Assembly (NCBI GenBank): GCA_963717935.1 | Contig: CAVQXP010000004.1 | Span: forward strand, 960,001-1,024,000 | Direction of reading: 5' to 3' | From: Candidatus Eiseniibacteriota bacterium | Lineage (GTDB): Bacteria > Eisenbacteria > RBG-16-71-46 | Length of the DNA stretch: 64,000 nucleotides | Shown here: piece after piece, positions 11,035 through 21,678 of the stretch | Position numbering within the stretch: position 1 is the first letter of the stretch | Layout: the number at the start of each line of letters is the position of its first letter | The notes under the pieces: generated by a model | The model's input: the letters and a program-made list of their open reading frames with translations, nothing else | The model's database searches: none | What the model was told of the DNA's origin: nothing | Made by a program: the position numbers and the translations under genes

Positions 11035-13767
11035 ATGAACGAGCACCGTCCCGATCCCGACGAACTCCTGCGCCGCATCCGCGAGCAGGAGGAGCGCGAG
11101 CACCGCGCGAAGCTCAAGATCTTCTTCGGTGCTTCGGCGGGTGTCGGCAAGACCTACGCGATGCTGGTGGAGGCCCACGAGCGCCGCCGCGCGGACGTGG
11201 ACGCCGTGGTCGGCGTGGTCGAGACCCACGGCCGCCCCGAGACCGCCGCGCTGCTCGAGGGGCTGGAGTCCCTGCCTCCGCGCCCGGTCGAGTACCGCGG
11301 CGCCGTGCTGCGGGAGTTCGACCTCGACGCGGCGCTGGCCCGCCGTCCGGGCCTGCTGCTGCTGGACGAGCTGGCCCACACCAACGCCCCGGGCTCGCGG
11401 CACGCGAAGCGCTGGCTGGACGTCGAGGAGTTGCTCGCCGCGGGTATCGACGTCTACACCACGCTCAACGTCCAGCACGTCGAGAGCCTGTACGACGTGG
11501 TCGCGCAGATCACGGGCGTGGCGGTGCGCGAGATCGTGCCCGACTCGATCCTCGAACGCGCCGACGAGATCGAGTTGGTGGACCTGCCACCCGACGACCT
11601 GCTGCAGCGCCTGCGCGAGGGCAAGGTCTACATCCCCGAGCAGGCCGCGCGCGCGGCGGAGCACTTCTTCAAGAAGGGGAACCTGATCGCGCTGCGCGAG
11701 CTGGCCCTGCGCGTCACCGCCGACCGCGTGGACCAGCAGATGGAGTCCTACCGCCGCGAGCACGCCATCCGCGACACCTGGGCGGTGGGCGGGCGCATCC
11801 TGGTCGGCCTGGGCGAGCCCGTGGCGGGGCTGCGGCTGATCCGGGCGGCGAGCCGCATGGCGGCGCGGCTGCAGGCTGAGTGGCTGGTGGTGCACGTCGA
11901 GACCCCGGGTGAGTTCACGCCGACGGAGACGGCGCGCGACCCCCTCGTGGACCTGATGGGCTACGCCGAGGAGCTGGGCGCCGAGACCGCGATGCTCACC
12001 GGCACGCGGGTCGCCGAGCAGATGCTCGCCTACGCCCGGGAGCGCAACGTCTCTCGCATCATCGTCGGCAAGCCCACGCGCCCGCGCTGGCTCCGGCTGC
12101 TGCGCGGTTCCCTGGTGGACGCGCTGCTGGCCGGCAGCGGCGAGATCGACGTCTTCGTCATGAGCGGCGAGAGCGAGGAGGACGAGCGCCCGCCCGGCCC
12201 GGCGCCCGCCCGGCCGCTCTCGCTGCGGGCCTCGAGCTACGCGCAGAGCCTGCTGGCCGTCGCCCTGTGCACCGGGATCGCGTGGGTGGTGGACCTGCGC
12301 CTGCCCCCGGCCAACCTGCCGATGATCTACCTGCTGGGCATCATGGCGGTGGCGATGCGCCTGGGCCGCGGCCCGGCGGTCATGGCTTCGATCGTGAGCG
12401 TGGCCGCCTTCGACTTCTTCTTCGTGCCGCCGAAGCTGGCGTTCCACGTCCACGACACGCAGTACCTGCTGACGTTCGCGGGGATGCTGGTGGTGGCGCT
12501 GGTCATCAGCACCATGGCCTCGCGCCTGCGCCGGCAGGCCGACGCCGCCCGTGAGCGCGAGCACCGGACCGCGGCGCTCTACATGCTCAGCCGCGAGCTG
12601 TCGAGCCTGCGGGAGACGCAGGAGCTGCTGCGCGCGGCGCTGCGGCGGGTGACGGACGTGTTCGGGGGCCGCGGCGTGATCCTGCTGCCCGACGCCGCGG
12701 GCCGGCTGTCGGTCGTGGCCGGGGAGGTGTCCCTGCTGGGCGAGGCGGGGCACGACCAGGGCGTGGCCCAGTGGACCTTCGACCATGCGCAACCCGCGGG
12801 GGCCGGCACGCCGACCCTGCCGGCGGCGGGCGCCCTGTTCCTGCCCCTGCTCGGGGCGAGCGAGGCCGTGGGCGTGCTCGGCATCGTGCCGGACGAACCG
12901 GGACGCGTGCTGACCCGCGACCGCTTCCGCCTGGTCGAGACCTTCGCCTCGCAGGTGGCGCTCAGCCTCGAGCGGGCGCAACTCGCCGAGCAGGCCGAAC
13001 GCGCGCACGTGCTGGTCGAGTCCGAGCGCACCCGCAGCCTGCTGCTGAGCAGCGTCTCCCACGACCTGCGCACGCCGCTGTCGGTCATCACCGGGGCGAC
13101 CAGCAGCCTGCTGGCGGACGAGGCGGCGCTGCCCGGGCCGGTGCGCCGGGAGCTGGTGGAGACCATCGCCGAGGAGGCGCAGCGCCTGAACCGGCTGGTC
13201 GGCAACCTGCTCGACATGACGCGGCTCGAGTCGGGCGCGCTGGCGGTGCGGTGGGAATGGCACTCGCTCGAGGAGGTCGTGGGCTCGGCGCTGGGGCGGC
13301 TCGAGTCGCGCCTGCAGGGCCGGGAGGTGGTCGTGCGGCTGGCGCCGGGCCTGCCACTCGTCCAACTCGACGACGTGCTGATCGAGCAGGTGCTCTTCAA
13401 CCTGGTCGAGAACGCGCTCAAGTACACTCCGCCCGGCAGCCCGATCGGGATCGGCGCGACGCTGGTCGACGGCGCGTTGCGCATCGAGGTCGCGGACCGC
13501 GGCCCGGGGTTGCCGCCGGGACAGGAGGAGAGCGTGTTCGAGAAGTTCTACCGGGGCCGGCGCGAGGGGGACCCGAGCGGCGTGGGCCTGGGCCTGAGCA
13601 TCTGCCGCGGGATCATCGAGGCCCACGGGGGCGCGATCTCGGCCGCGAACCGTGACGGGGGCGGGGCCGTGTTCCGGGTGACGCTGCCGCAGCCGGAGAG
13701 CCCGCCCGCGGTGGCCCTGGACGAGGACCCGGGTGCGGGCGGCGACCCGGGCGCGGAGCCGTCGTGA
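11035..13767 (+). CDS. kdpD: Sensor histidine kinase KdpD
   Basis: GVGKTYAML, DELAHTN, Usp domain, 4 TM segments, GAF, SHDLRTPL, GLGLSIC. Confidence 0.97.
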   Translation: MNEHRPDPDELLRRIREQEEREHRAKLKIFFGASAGVGKTYAMLVEAHERRRADVDAVVGVVETHGRPETAALLEGLESLPPRPVEYRGAVLREFDLDAALARRPGLLLLDELAHTNAPGSRHAKRWLDVEELLAAGIDVYTTLNVQHVESLYDVVAQITGVAVREIVPDSILERADEIELVDLPPDDLLQRLREGKVYIPEQAARAAEHFFKKGNLIALRELALRVTADRVDQQMESYRREHAIRDTWAVGGRILVGLGEPVAGLRLIRAASRMAARLQAEWLVVHVETPGEFTPTETARDPLVDLMGYAEELGAETAMLTGTRVAEQMLAYARERNVSRIIVGKPTRPRWLRLLRGSLVDALLAGSGEIDVFVMSGESEEDERPPGPAPARPLSLRASSYAQSLLAVALCTGIAWVVDLRLPPANLPMIYLLGIMAVAMRLGRGPAVMASIVSVAAFDFFFVPPKLAFHVHDTQYLLTFAGMLVVALVISTMASRLRRQADAAREREHRTAALYMLSRELSSLRETQELLRAALRRVTDVFGGRGVILLPDAAGRLSVVAGEVSLLGEAGHDQGVAQWTFDHAQPAGAGTPTLPAAGALFLPLLGASEAVGVLGIVPDEPGRVLTRDRFRLVETFASQVALSLERAQLAEQAERAHVLVESERTRSLLLSSVSHDLRTPLSVITGATSSLLADEAALPGPVRRELVETIAEEAQRLNRLVGNLLDMTRLESGALAVRWEWHSLEEVVGSALGRLESRLQGREVVVRLAPGLPLVQLDDVLIEQVLFNLVENALKYTPPGSPIGIGATLVDGALRIEVADRGPGLPPGQEESVFEKFYRGRREGDPSGVGLGLSICRGIIEAHGGAISAANRDGGGAVFRVTLPQPESPPAVALDEDPGAGGDPGAEPS

Positions 13768-14480
13768 CCGGGACCGGGCCGCAGGAGGGGCTGGCCCCCC
13801 TCGTACTGGTCGTCGAGGACGAGGTGTCCATGGTGCGCCTGCTCAAGGCGGCGCTCGGCAGCCAGGGCTTTCGCGTGGTCGAGGCCTCGAGCGGCCAGGA
13901 GGCCCTGCGCCAGGCGGCCACGCGCTCCCCGGACGTGGTCGTCCTCGACCTCGGCCTGCCCGACCTGGACGGCCTCGAGGTCACGCGCCGGCTGCGCGAG
14001 TGGTCCGCCGTACCCATCATCGTGGTCTCGGCGCGCGGCCAGGAGGGCGACAAGATCAAGGCCCTCGACGCGGGCGCGGACGACTACGTCACCAAGCCGT
14101 TCGCAGTCGGCGAGTTGCTGGCGCGCATGCGGGTCGCGCTGCGGCACTCGGCCCAGACCGCGCAGGAATCCGGCGACACCGAGGTGACGGTGGGCGGGCT
14201 GCGGGTGGACCGGCTGCGCCGGCAGGTCTTCGTGGACGAGGACGAGGTCCGCCTGACGCCGATCGAATACCGACTGCTCTCGGCGCTCGCCCAGTACCCC
14301 GGCCGGGTGCTGACCCACGAGCACCTGTTGCGCCGGGTCTGGGGACCAGGCTGCACGCAGCAGCGCCACTACCTGCGCGTCTACATGGCGCAGCTCAGGC
14401 ACAAGCTCGAACCGGACCCCGCTCGGCCCCGCTACCTGCTGACCGAGCCTGGGGTTGGCTACCGCCTGCGCGATTCCTGA
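13764..14480 (+). CDS. kdpE: Response regulator KdpE
   Basis: LDLGLPDLDG, GADDYVTKPF, HYLRVYMAQLRHKLE..PARPRYLLTEPGVGYR. Confidence 0.95.
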   Translation: MTGTGPQEGLAPLVLVVEDEVSMVRLLKAALGSQGFRVVEASSGQEALRQAATRSPDVVVLDLGLPDLDGLEVTRRLREWSAVPIIVVSARGQEGDKIKALDAGADDYVTKPFAVGELLARMRVALRHSAQTAQESGDTEVTVGGLRVDRLRRQVFVDEDEVRLTPIEYRLLSALAQYPGRVLTHEHLLRRVWGPGCTQQRHYLRVYMAQLRHKLEPDPARPRYLLTEPGVGYRLRDS

Positions 14481-14677
14481 GGGGCCCGCCTGCAGGTCGG
14501 TCGGCCGCCGACTCTGGTAGCATCACAGCCGCTCTGCAGGTAGGATACCGCCGAACTGCCACGCGCCGGAACGGAAGCCTCGTCGGGGCGCGCACGGACT
14601 GCGACCAACGCCACCGTTGCCCCTCCGGCCCCGGTGCGCACACGGAAGACGAAGCTGCGATCACAGGGAGGAATCCG

Positions 14678-16780
14678 ATGAGTGACCTTTCCTATGGACG
14701 GGACCGGCTCGGCGATGTGGCGGCGTCCACTCGCCTGGAGTGGCTGGTCACCAACGGCATCGGAGGCTTCGCCTCCGGCACGGCCAGCGGGGCGCTGACC
14801 CGCCGCTACCACGGGCTCCTCGTCGCCTCGCTCAAGCCTCCGGTCGGCCGCACCCTGCTGCTCGCCAAGCTGGCCGAGCGCCTCGAAGTGAACGGGGCCT
14901 GGGTGGACCTCGACACGAACCGCTGGGCCGGCGGCAGCGTCTCCCCGGCCGGGCACCTGCACCTCGAGTCCTTCCGGCTCGACGAGACCGTGCCGGTCTG
15001 GACCTGGGCCATCGGTGACGCGCGCCTGGAGAAGCGCGTGTGGATGGAGCACGGCGAGAACACGACCTTCATCGAGTACCGGCTGGCCTCATCCAGTGTC
15101 CCGGCCCAACTCCACCTGCGGGCGCTGGCCAACCACCGCGACGCCCACGAGATCACCTCGATCGGCGCCTGGACCGCGTGCGTCGAGCCCGCCTCGGGCG
15201 GGGTCTGCATCGAGGCCTGGGACGGCGCCACCCCGCTGTGGCTGTTCGCCCCCGGGGCCGACGTGCGCCCGGTGAACGAGTGGTACCGCGGCTTCCACCT
15301 CGCGCTCGAGGCCGAGCGCGGGCTGGATTGCGTGGAAGATCACCTCTGCGCGGCCGAGATCCTCGCCACGCTCCAGCCGGGCGAGGCCATCGTGGTCACG
15401 GCCAGCACGCGGCGCCATGCTGGCCGCGACGCCGGCACGCCGCTGGCGCGGGCCTTCTCGCTGCAGCGCCGGCGCGCGCACGAGAAGAGCCTGCTCGACG
15501 CCTGGCGCAAGGCGCAGCCGAAGGCCTCGCGCACGGCGCCCGAGTGGGTGCGGCGGCTGGTGCTGGCGGCCGACCAGTTCGTGGTCGAGCGCGCCATCCC
15601 GGGCGAGCCGCAGGGCCGCAGCGTCATCGCCGGCTACCCGTGGTTCAGCGACTGGGGGCGCGACACCATGATCGCGCTGCCCGGCCTGGCGCTGGCGACC
15701 GGGCGGCCGGAGCTGGCGCGCACCATCCTCTCGACCTTCGCGCGCTTCGTGGACCAGGGGATGCTGCCCAACTACTTCCCCGACCAGGGCGAGCCGCCGA
15801 CCTACAACACCGTGGATGCGGCGCTCTGGTTCTTCCAGGCGGTGCGCTCGTACGTCGAGGCCACGCAGGACCTCAAGTTCCTGGCCGAGGTGTACCCCGC
15901 GCTCGAGGACATCGGTGCCTGGTACGAGCGCGGCACACGCTACGGCATCCACATGGACCCGGCGGACAGCCTCGTCGCCGCGGGCGACGACGGGGTGCAG
16001 CTCACCTGGATGGACGCCAAGGTGGACGACTGGGTCGTCACGCCCCGCCGTGGCAAGCCGGTGGAGGTGAATGCGCTCTGGTACAACGCGATGGCCGCCA
16101 TGGTGACGTTCGCGAACCGGCTCAAGCGGCCGGCCGAGGCGCACGAGCGGCGCATGCGCGAGATCGAGATGTCGTTCCAGCGCTTCTGGAACCCCGAGAC
16201 CGGTTGCCTCTTCGACGTGCTCGACGGTCCCGAGGGGAACGACCCGGCGATCCGCCCCAACCAGTTGCTCGCGGTCTCGCTGCCGGCGAGCCCGCTCACC
16301 CACGAGCAGCAGCGCGCGGTGCTCGAGACCTGCGGGCGCGCGCTCCTGACCTCGCACGGGCTGCGCAGCCTGGCGCCCGGCGATTCGCGCTACCACGGCG
16401 TCTACACCGGGGACCGGCGCGAGCGGGACGGCGCTTATCACCAGGGCACGGTGTGGACCTGGCTGCTGCCGCACTACGCGCTGGCGCATGCCCGCGTGCA
16501 CGGGCGGCGGGAAGAGGCCCTCGCGTTCCTCGAGCCGCTGGGAGAGTTGATGGGCGCCTGCGGCGTGGGCTCGTTGCCCGAGGCCGCCGACGGCGAAGCG
16601 CCGTTCACCCCGCGCGGCTGCATCGCGCAGGCCTGGTCGGTGGGGGAGACGCTGCGTGCCTGGCACATGCTCGTGACGGCCCGCCCCACGCCGGGGAAGG
16701 CCGCCCGGACCCCGGCGGCGCGCACCAAGTCGCGTGCCCGGACCGCGGCGCGTCCCCGGACGACGGCGCGCGCGCGGTAG
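14678..16780 (+). CDS. Glycogen debranching enzyme (amylo-alpha-1,6-glucosidase, GDE_N + GDE_C)
   Basis: EWLVTNGIGGFASG, IAGYPWFSDWGRDTMI, LTWMDAK, AYHQGTVW, QAWSVGE; SD GGAGGA. Confidence 0.92.
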   Translation: MSDLSYGRDRLGDVAASTRLEWLVTNGIGGFASGTASGALTRRYHGLLVASLKPPVGRTLLLAKLAERLEVNGAWVDLDTNRWAGGSVSPAGHLHLESFRLDETVPVWTWAIGDARLEKRVWMEHGENTTFIEYRLASSSVPAQLHLRALANHRDAHEITSIGAWTACVEPASGGVCIEAWDGATPLWLFAPGADVRPVNEWYRGFHLALEAERGLDCVEDHLCAAEILATLQPGEAIVVTASTRRHAGRDAGTPLARAFSLQRRRAHEKSLLDAWRKAQPKASRTAPEWVRRLVLAADQFVVERAIPGEPQGRSVIAGYPWFSDWGRDTMIALPGLALATGRPELARTILSTFARFVDQGMLPNYFPDQGEPPTYNTVDAALWFFQAVRSYVEATQDLKFLAEVYPALEDIGAWYERGTRYGIHMDPADSLVAAGDDGVQLTWMDAKVDDWVVTPRRGKPVEVNALWYNAMAAMVTFANRLKRPAEAHERRMREIEMSFQRFWNPETGCLFDVLDGPEGNDPAIRPNQLLAVSLPASPLTHEQQRAVLETCGRALLTSHGLRSLAPGDSRYHGVYTGDRRERDGAYHQGTVWTWLLPHYALAHARVHGRREEALAFLEPLGELMGACGVGSLPEAADGEAPFTPRGCIAQAWSVGETLRAWHMLVTARPTPGKAARTPAARTKSRARTAARPRTTARAR

Positions 16781-16801
16781 GGTCGCGGCGCGAAGGCGAA
16801 A

Positions 16802-16839
16802 CACGGCGGGCCGGTCCCTTCCGGGACCGGCCCGCCGTG
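16802..16839. repeat. GC-rich palindrome (REP-like or terminator), copy 1
   Basis: 17-bp perfect stem CACGGCGGGCCGGTCCC with TTCC loop; same core at 26150-26185. Confidence 0.75.
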
Positions 16840-16887
16840 CTCCCGCCCGCGAGGCCCGGGAGGCGGGCCAGGGAAGGAGGCTGCATC

Positions 16888-17823
16888 GTGGACGATCACG
16901 GGGTCGTGCGCCTGCGCGATGGGCGGGTGCTCGCCTTCGCGCAGTACGGCGACCCGAGCGGGATCCCGATCCTGTTCTTCCACGGCCTGCCGAGCTGCCG
17001 GTTGATGCACCCGGACGCGGAGGTCTCCCGCGCGCTCGGGGTGCGGGTGCTGGTCGCCGACCGGCCGGGCTTCGGCCGCTCGGACCCGCGGCCCGGGCGC
17101 GCGCTGCTGGACTGGGCCGACGACGTCGCCGACCTCGCGGACGCGCTCGGGCTGCCGCGATTCGCTGTCGTCGGGCCCTCGGGGGGAGCGCCCTTCGTGG
17201 CGGCCTGCGCCAGCCGGCTCGGGCCGCGCGTCACGCGCGCCGCGATCCTCGGCGGCTCCGGGCCGGTCGACGCGCCCGGAGCGCTCACGGGGATCACGTT
17301 CGAGCGTCGTGCCGGTTACTGGCTCGCCCGTCACGCGCCCGCCCTGCTGCGCGCGGTGCTGCGGCGACGTGGCGACCCGCGGCGCGACCCCGAGCGGTTC
17401 TTCACCCGCTACACGCGGCACAACCCCGCGGCCGACCAGGCCCTGCTCGCGCGTCCCGAGGTGCGGGCGATGTTCCTGGCGAGCTACGCCGAGGCGACGC
17501 GCCAGGGGCTCGAGGCGTTCGCCTGGGAGCTGCAGCTCGTCGCGCGACCCTGGGGATTCCGGCTGGAGGACGTGCGGGTGCCCACCGCGATCTGGCACGG
17601 CGCGGACGACCACCTCACGCCGGTCGGCATGGCGCGGGCGCTGGCGCGGGCCATCCCGGGGGCCACGCTCCAGGTCCTGCCGGGCGAGGGGCACCTGTTC
17701 TTCCTTTCGCGCTGGCGGGAGATCGTGGCCGGTCTGCTGGCGCCCGGGCAGGGCGCGACGCACGAGGAGCGCGGGGCGGGATCGAAGACCGCCGGCGGGG
17801 TTGTGGGATGTCCGGACGCGTGA
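16888..17823 (+). CDS. Alpha/beta hydrolase
   Basis: SD AAGGAGG then GTG; FFHGLP, DRPGFGRS, nucleophile elbow GPSGG, WHGADD, GEGH. Confidence 0.88.
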   Translation: MDDHGVVRLRDGRVLAFAQYGDPSGIPILFFHGLPSCRLMHPDAEVSRALGVRVLVADRPGFGRSDPRPGRALLDWADDVADLADALGLPRFAVVGPSGGAPFVAACASRLGPRVTRAAILGGSGPVDAPGALTGITFERRAGYWLARHAPALLRAVLRRRGDPRRDPERFFTRYTRHNPAADQALLARPEVRAMFLASYAEATRQGLEAFAWELQLVARPWGFRLEDVRVPTAIWHGADDHLTPVGMARALARAIPGATLQVLPGEGHLFFLSRWREIVAGLLAPGQGATHEERGAGSKTAGGVVGCPDA

Positions 17824-17887
17824 TAGTGCTCGCGAACGTGCCGTCCCTTGCCGGTGATTCCGCCGCCGTGAGCCCGCGGGTCGTGGA

Positions 17888-19877
17888 ATGCCACTGATCC
17901 TCGCCGGGCTGGGGCTGCTTGTGCTGGGCGCCGTCGCCGCGCTGTCGGTCGCTCGCGCGCCGCGCCTGGCGACCTGGCTGGGTGTCGGCGGCACGATTGC
18001 CGGGTGCATCTGCGCCCTGGTCCCGGTTGTGCGGGTCCTGCTCGGCGGCGCGCCCCTGAGCCTGCGGCTGCCCTGGAACGTCCCCTTCGGCACCTTCGCG
18101 CTCGGCCTGGACGGGCTCTCCGCCTTCTTCCTGCTGCCGATCCTCATGCTCTCCGCGCTCGCCGCGCTCTATGGGAGCGAGTACCTTGGCGCCTTCCGCG
18201 GGCGCGCCGTCCCCGCGCGCGCCTGGCCCTTCTTCGCGCTCCTCGTCGCGGGCATGGCGCTGGTGGTGTTGGCGCGCAACGGCGTGCTGTTCCTGGTGGC
18301 ATGGGAGATCATGTCGCTGGCGGCCTACTTCCTGGTGGTGCTCGAGGACGAGGAGCCGGCGGTGCGCTCCGCGGGTTGGACGTATCTCGTCGCCACCCAC
18401 CTGGGCACGGCGTTCCTGATCGTGATGTTCGTGGTGCTGGGGCATGAGGCGGGCTCGCTCGACTTCGAGCGCTTCGGCGCCACCCTGTTGCTGGCCGCGC
18501 CGCTGGCCGGCCTGGTCTTCGTGCTCGCGATGATTGGCTTCGGCACCAAGGCCGGTTTCATGCCCCTGCACGTCTGGCTGCCCGAGGCGCATCCGGCCGC
18601 ACCCAGCCACGTCTCGGCCGTGATGTCGGGCGTGATGATCAAGACTCGGCATCTACGGCCTGCTGCGCACGCTCACGTTCCTGGGCGCGCCGCCGGCCTG
18701 GTGGGGTTGGACCCTCGTGGCCGTGGGCCTGACCTCGGGCGTGCTCGGCGTGCTCTTCGCCCTCGCCCAGCACGACCTCAAGCGATTGCTGGCCTACCAC
18801 AGCGTCGAGAACATCGGGATCATCGCGCTCGGGTTCGGCGTCGGGCTGCTCGGCGTGCACTACGGGTCGGCGCCGCTGGCGGTGCTGGGCTTCGCCGGCG
18901 CGCTGCTGCACGTCGTGAACCACGCCCTGTTCAAGGGGCTGCTCTTCCTCGGCGCGGGCGCGGTCGTGCACGCCACCGGCACGCGCGAGATGGACCACCT
19001 CGGCGGGCTGCTCAAGCGCATGCCCTGGACCGGCTCGCTGTTCCTGGTCGGGGCCGCGGCGATCTGCGGCCTGCCGCCGCTCAACGGCTTCGCCAGCGAG
19101 TTCCTCGTCTTCCTCGGGGCCTACCAGGGCGTGCTCCACCCGGCGGCGGGCGTGGTCGGAGCGGCGCTGGTGGTGCTGGCCGGGCTCGCGCTCATCGGCG
19201 GCCTCGCGGCCGCGTGCTTCGCCAAGGTCTTCGGCGTGGTGTTCCTGGGCGAGGCCCGCAGCGGGCACGTCGCGCACGCGCACGACCCGGGCAGGGCGAT
19301 GCTGCTGCCCATGGTCGTGCTGGCCGCGGGCTGTGTGCTGGTGGGCCTCGTGCCCGCCCTGCTCGTGGGGCGCATGGCGGGCGCGCTCGAGCCGCTCACG
19401 CGGCTGCCGGCGGCCACGATCGAGCCGTCGCTCGCCTTCGCCGTCGTGCCGCTCACGCAGGTCTCGGTCGCGGCGGGCGTGCTGCTCGTGCTGGGCGGCG
19501 CGCTCGTGCTGTGGCGGCGCGCGCAGCTCGCCCGCCGGCCGGCGGGCGAGGCGCTCACCTGGGACTGCGGTTACGCCCGGCCGACGCCGCGCATGCAGTA
19601 CACCGCCTCGTCCTTCGCGCGGCCGCTCACGCTGCTCTTCGGCGGGTTCCTGCGCACGCGCACCACGCGCGTCGCGCCCGCCGGTCCCTTCCCGCGGCAG
19701 GCCGCACTCGCCACCGAGACGCCGGACGTCTTCCGCGACGCGCTCTTCCGTCCCGCATTCGTCCTGGCCGCCGGCGCGCTGAAGAAGCTGCGCTGGCTGC
19801 AGCACGGGCGCGTGCAGCTCTACGTGCTCTACATCCTGCTCACGCTTGTCGTGCTGCTGGTGTGGAAGCTGCGATGA
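17888..19877 (+). CDS. hyfB: HyfB/NuoL-like antiporter subunit of an Ehr complex (frameshift near 18645)
   Basis: FGTKAGFMPLHVWLPEAHPAAPSHVSAVMSGVMIK, then an extra base; continues GIYGLLR..DLKRLLAYHSVENIG..NHALFKGLLF..WDCGY..MQYTASSF. Confidence 0.88.
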
Positions 19878-20788
19878 GCGCGCTCTCCGTGCTGCCGCCG
19901 CTCTGCGCGCTGCTGCTGGCGCCCCTGTTGCCCGGGATCATCACCCGCACGCGCTGCTGGCTCACCGGCCGCGGGGGCCCGCCGCTGCTGCAGACCTACG
20001 CTGACCTCGGCAAGCTGCTGGCGAAGGGCGCCGTCTACAGTCGCACGACGACCGGCGTGTTCCGCGCCGGTTCGCTGGTGGGTCTCGCGGCGGTGGCGAC
20101 GGCCGCGGCGCTGGTGCCCTTCGGCACCGCGGCCGCGCCGCTGGCGTTCCCCGGCGACCTCGTCCTGCTCTGCGGCCTGCTGGCCCTGATGCGCTTCGTC
20201 ACCGTGCTCGCCGCCCTCGACACCGGCTCGGCCTTCGAGGGCATGGGCGCCAGCCGCGAGGTGCAGTTCGCGGCGCTCGCCGAGCCCGCACTGGTGCTGG
20301 CCCTGGCGGTGGTCGTGCGCAGCACCGGGAGCCTGTCGCTCAGTGGCGCGTTCGCGGCGCTGACGCCCGCCACATGGGCGCACGAGGGCGCGGCCCTGGT
20401 CCTGGTGCTGGGCACGCTGTTCGTCGTCTACCTGACCGAGAACGCCCGCGTGCCGGTGGACGACCCGGGCACGCACCTCGAGCTGACCATGATCCACGAG
20501 GTCATGGTGCTCGACCACGGCGGGCCCGATCTGGGGCTCATCCACTACGCCGCGGCGCTCAAGCTGTGGGTGCTGGGGGCGCTGCTCGTCGGCGTCGCGC
20601 TGCCCGTACAGGGCCTTGCGACCTGGGCGGGGCTGGCGGTCGCGCTGGCGGGGATGCTCGTGCTGGCCGTGCTGGTCGGCGTGGTCGAGACGGTGATGGC
20701 GCGGCTCAAGCTCGTGCGTGTGCCGCAACTGCTCGTGGGAGCGATGGCGCTCGCGGTGCTGGCGCTGGTGCTGGTGATGCGGGGGTGA
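19874..20788 (+). CDS. hyfC: HyfC/NuoH-like membrane subunit
   Basis: GPPLLQTYADLGKLL, FEGMGASRE, ENARVPVDDPGTHLELTMIHEVMVLD. Confidence 0.9.
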   Translation: MSALSVLPPLCALLLAPLLPGIITRTRCWLTGRGGPPLLQTYADLGKLLAKGAVYSRTTTGVFRAGSLVGLAAVATAAALVPFGTAAAPLAFPGDLVLLCGLLALMRFVTVLAALDTGSAFEGMGASREVQFAALAEPALVLALAVVVRSTGSLSLSGAFAALTPATWAHEGAALVLVLGTLFVVYLTENARVPVDDPGTHLELTMIHEVMVLDHGGPDLGLIHYAAALKLWVLGALLVGVALPVQGLATWAGLAVALAGMLVLAVLVGVVETVMARLKLVRVPQLLVGAMALAVLALVLVMRG

Positions 20789-20998
20789 GGGGGGCGCCTG
20801 GCGCGCGCGGAGGGATCCCATGTTCGAGACGATCGTGCCGCCGACGTGGGCCGCGGTGGGGTGAGATGCGTGGTATTCCTTCCGTCGAGTGGCCGGGCGT
20901 CGGCGGGCCGGTGGCGGCCGTTCATGAGAGTGTCATTCGTCGGACCGTCGTCGGTCGTCGGTTCCTGAAACGGAGACGAGAGTCAGCGTGAGCCGCCC

Positions 20999-21676
20999 AT
21001 GCAACTGACCATCCGCGAAGCGACCGTCTACCTCGGGGTCAACGAGGAGCAGGTGCGGCGCTGGATAAAGGGCCGCGGGCTGCCGGCGCACCGCATGAAC
21101 GAGCGGCTCATGCTCAACGCGATCGAGTTGTGGGAGTGGGCGACCGAGAACGGCATCGCGGTCTCGCGCGACCTGCTCGAGCAGGAGCGCGGCTCACCCG
21201 AGTCCGTCCCGTCGCTCGGCGACATGCTCGAGGCGGGGGGCATCCACCACGACGTCGGCGGCGAGGATCGCTCCGGGGTGCTGCGCGAGGTGGTGGCGCG
21301 GCTGCCGCTGCCGCCCGGGACGGACCGCGCGTTCGTCGAGGCGGTGCTCGAGGCCCGCGAGGCGATGGGCTCGACCGGCATCGGCGACGGCATCGCCATC
21401 CCGCACGTGCGCAACCCGCTGCTGCTGGGCGCGGGTGAGTCGCGGGTGATGCTCTGCCTGCTGTGCCATCCGATCGAGTTCGACGCGGTGGACGGGCTGC
21501 CGGTCTACGCGCTCTTCACCGTGGTGAGCTCGACGGTGCCGGCGCACCTGAAGATCCTGGCGCGGCTGGGCTTCGCGCTGCACGACCCGGAGCTGCGCGG
21601 GCTGCTGCGGGGCCGCGCCCCGGCCGCCGCCATCCTGGCCCGCGTGCGCGCGCTCGAACCGGCGAAGGACGCCTGA
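20999..21676 (+). CDS. Excisionase-like HTH fused to PTS EIIA (Ntr/fructose-type) domain
   Basis: N-terminal LTIREATVYLGV..VRRWI..LPA; C-terminal REAMGSTGIGDGIAIPH with the conserved phospho-His. Confidence 0.88.
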   Translation: MQLTIREATVYLGVNEEQVRRWIKGRGLPAHRMNERLMLNAIELWEWATENGIAVSRDLLEQERGSPESVPSLGDMLEAGGIHHDVGGEDRSGVLREVVARLPLPPGTDRAFVEAVLEAREAMGSTGIGDGIAIPHVRNPLLLGAGESRVMLCLLCHPIEFDAVDGLPVYALFTVVSSTVPAHLKILARLGFALHDPELRGLLRGRAPAAAILARVRALEPAKDA

Positions 21677-21678
21677 CC

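Noticed and set aside
8035..13626. Very long ORFs antisense or out of frame to real genes (e.g. 8035..13626-, 53224..57225-, 44..2185+, 2017..5724+, 58056..60926+)
   Set aside because: Shadow ORFs expected at this GC content; they overlap well-supported genes and show no recognisable motifs.
18640..18650. Programmed frameshift or split gene in the hyfB-like subunit
   Set aside because: No slippery sequence; one extra base interrupts the conserved K-x-GIYG motif, consistent with the other indel errors.
20820..20991. Small ORFs (MFETIVPPTWAAVG; MRGIPSVEW...) in the hyfC-EIIA gap
   Set aside because: No recognisable motif or convincing coding signal; left as intergenic.
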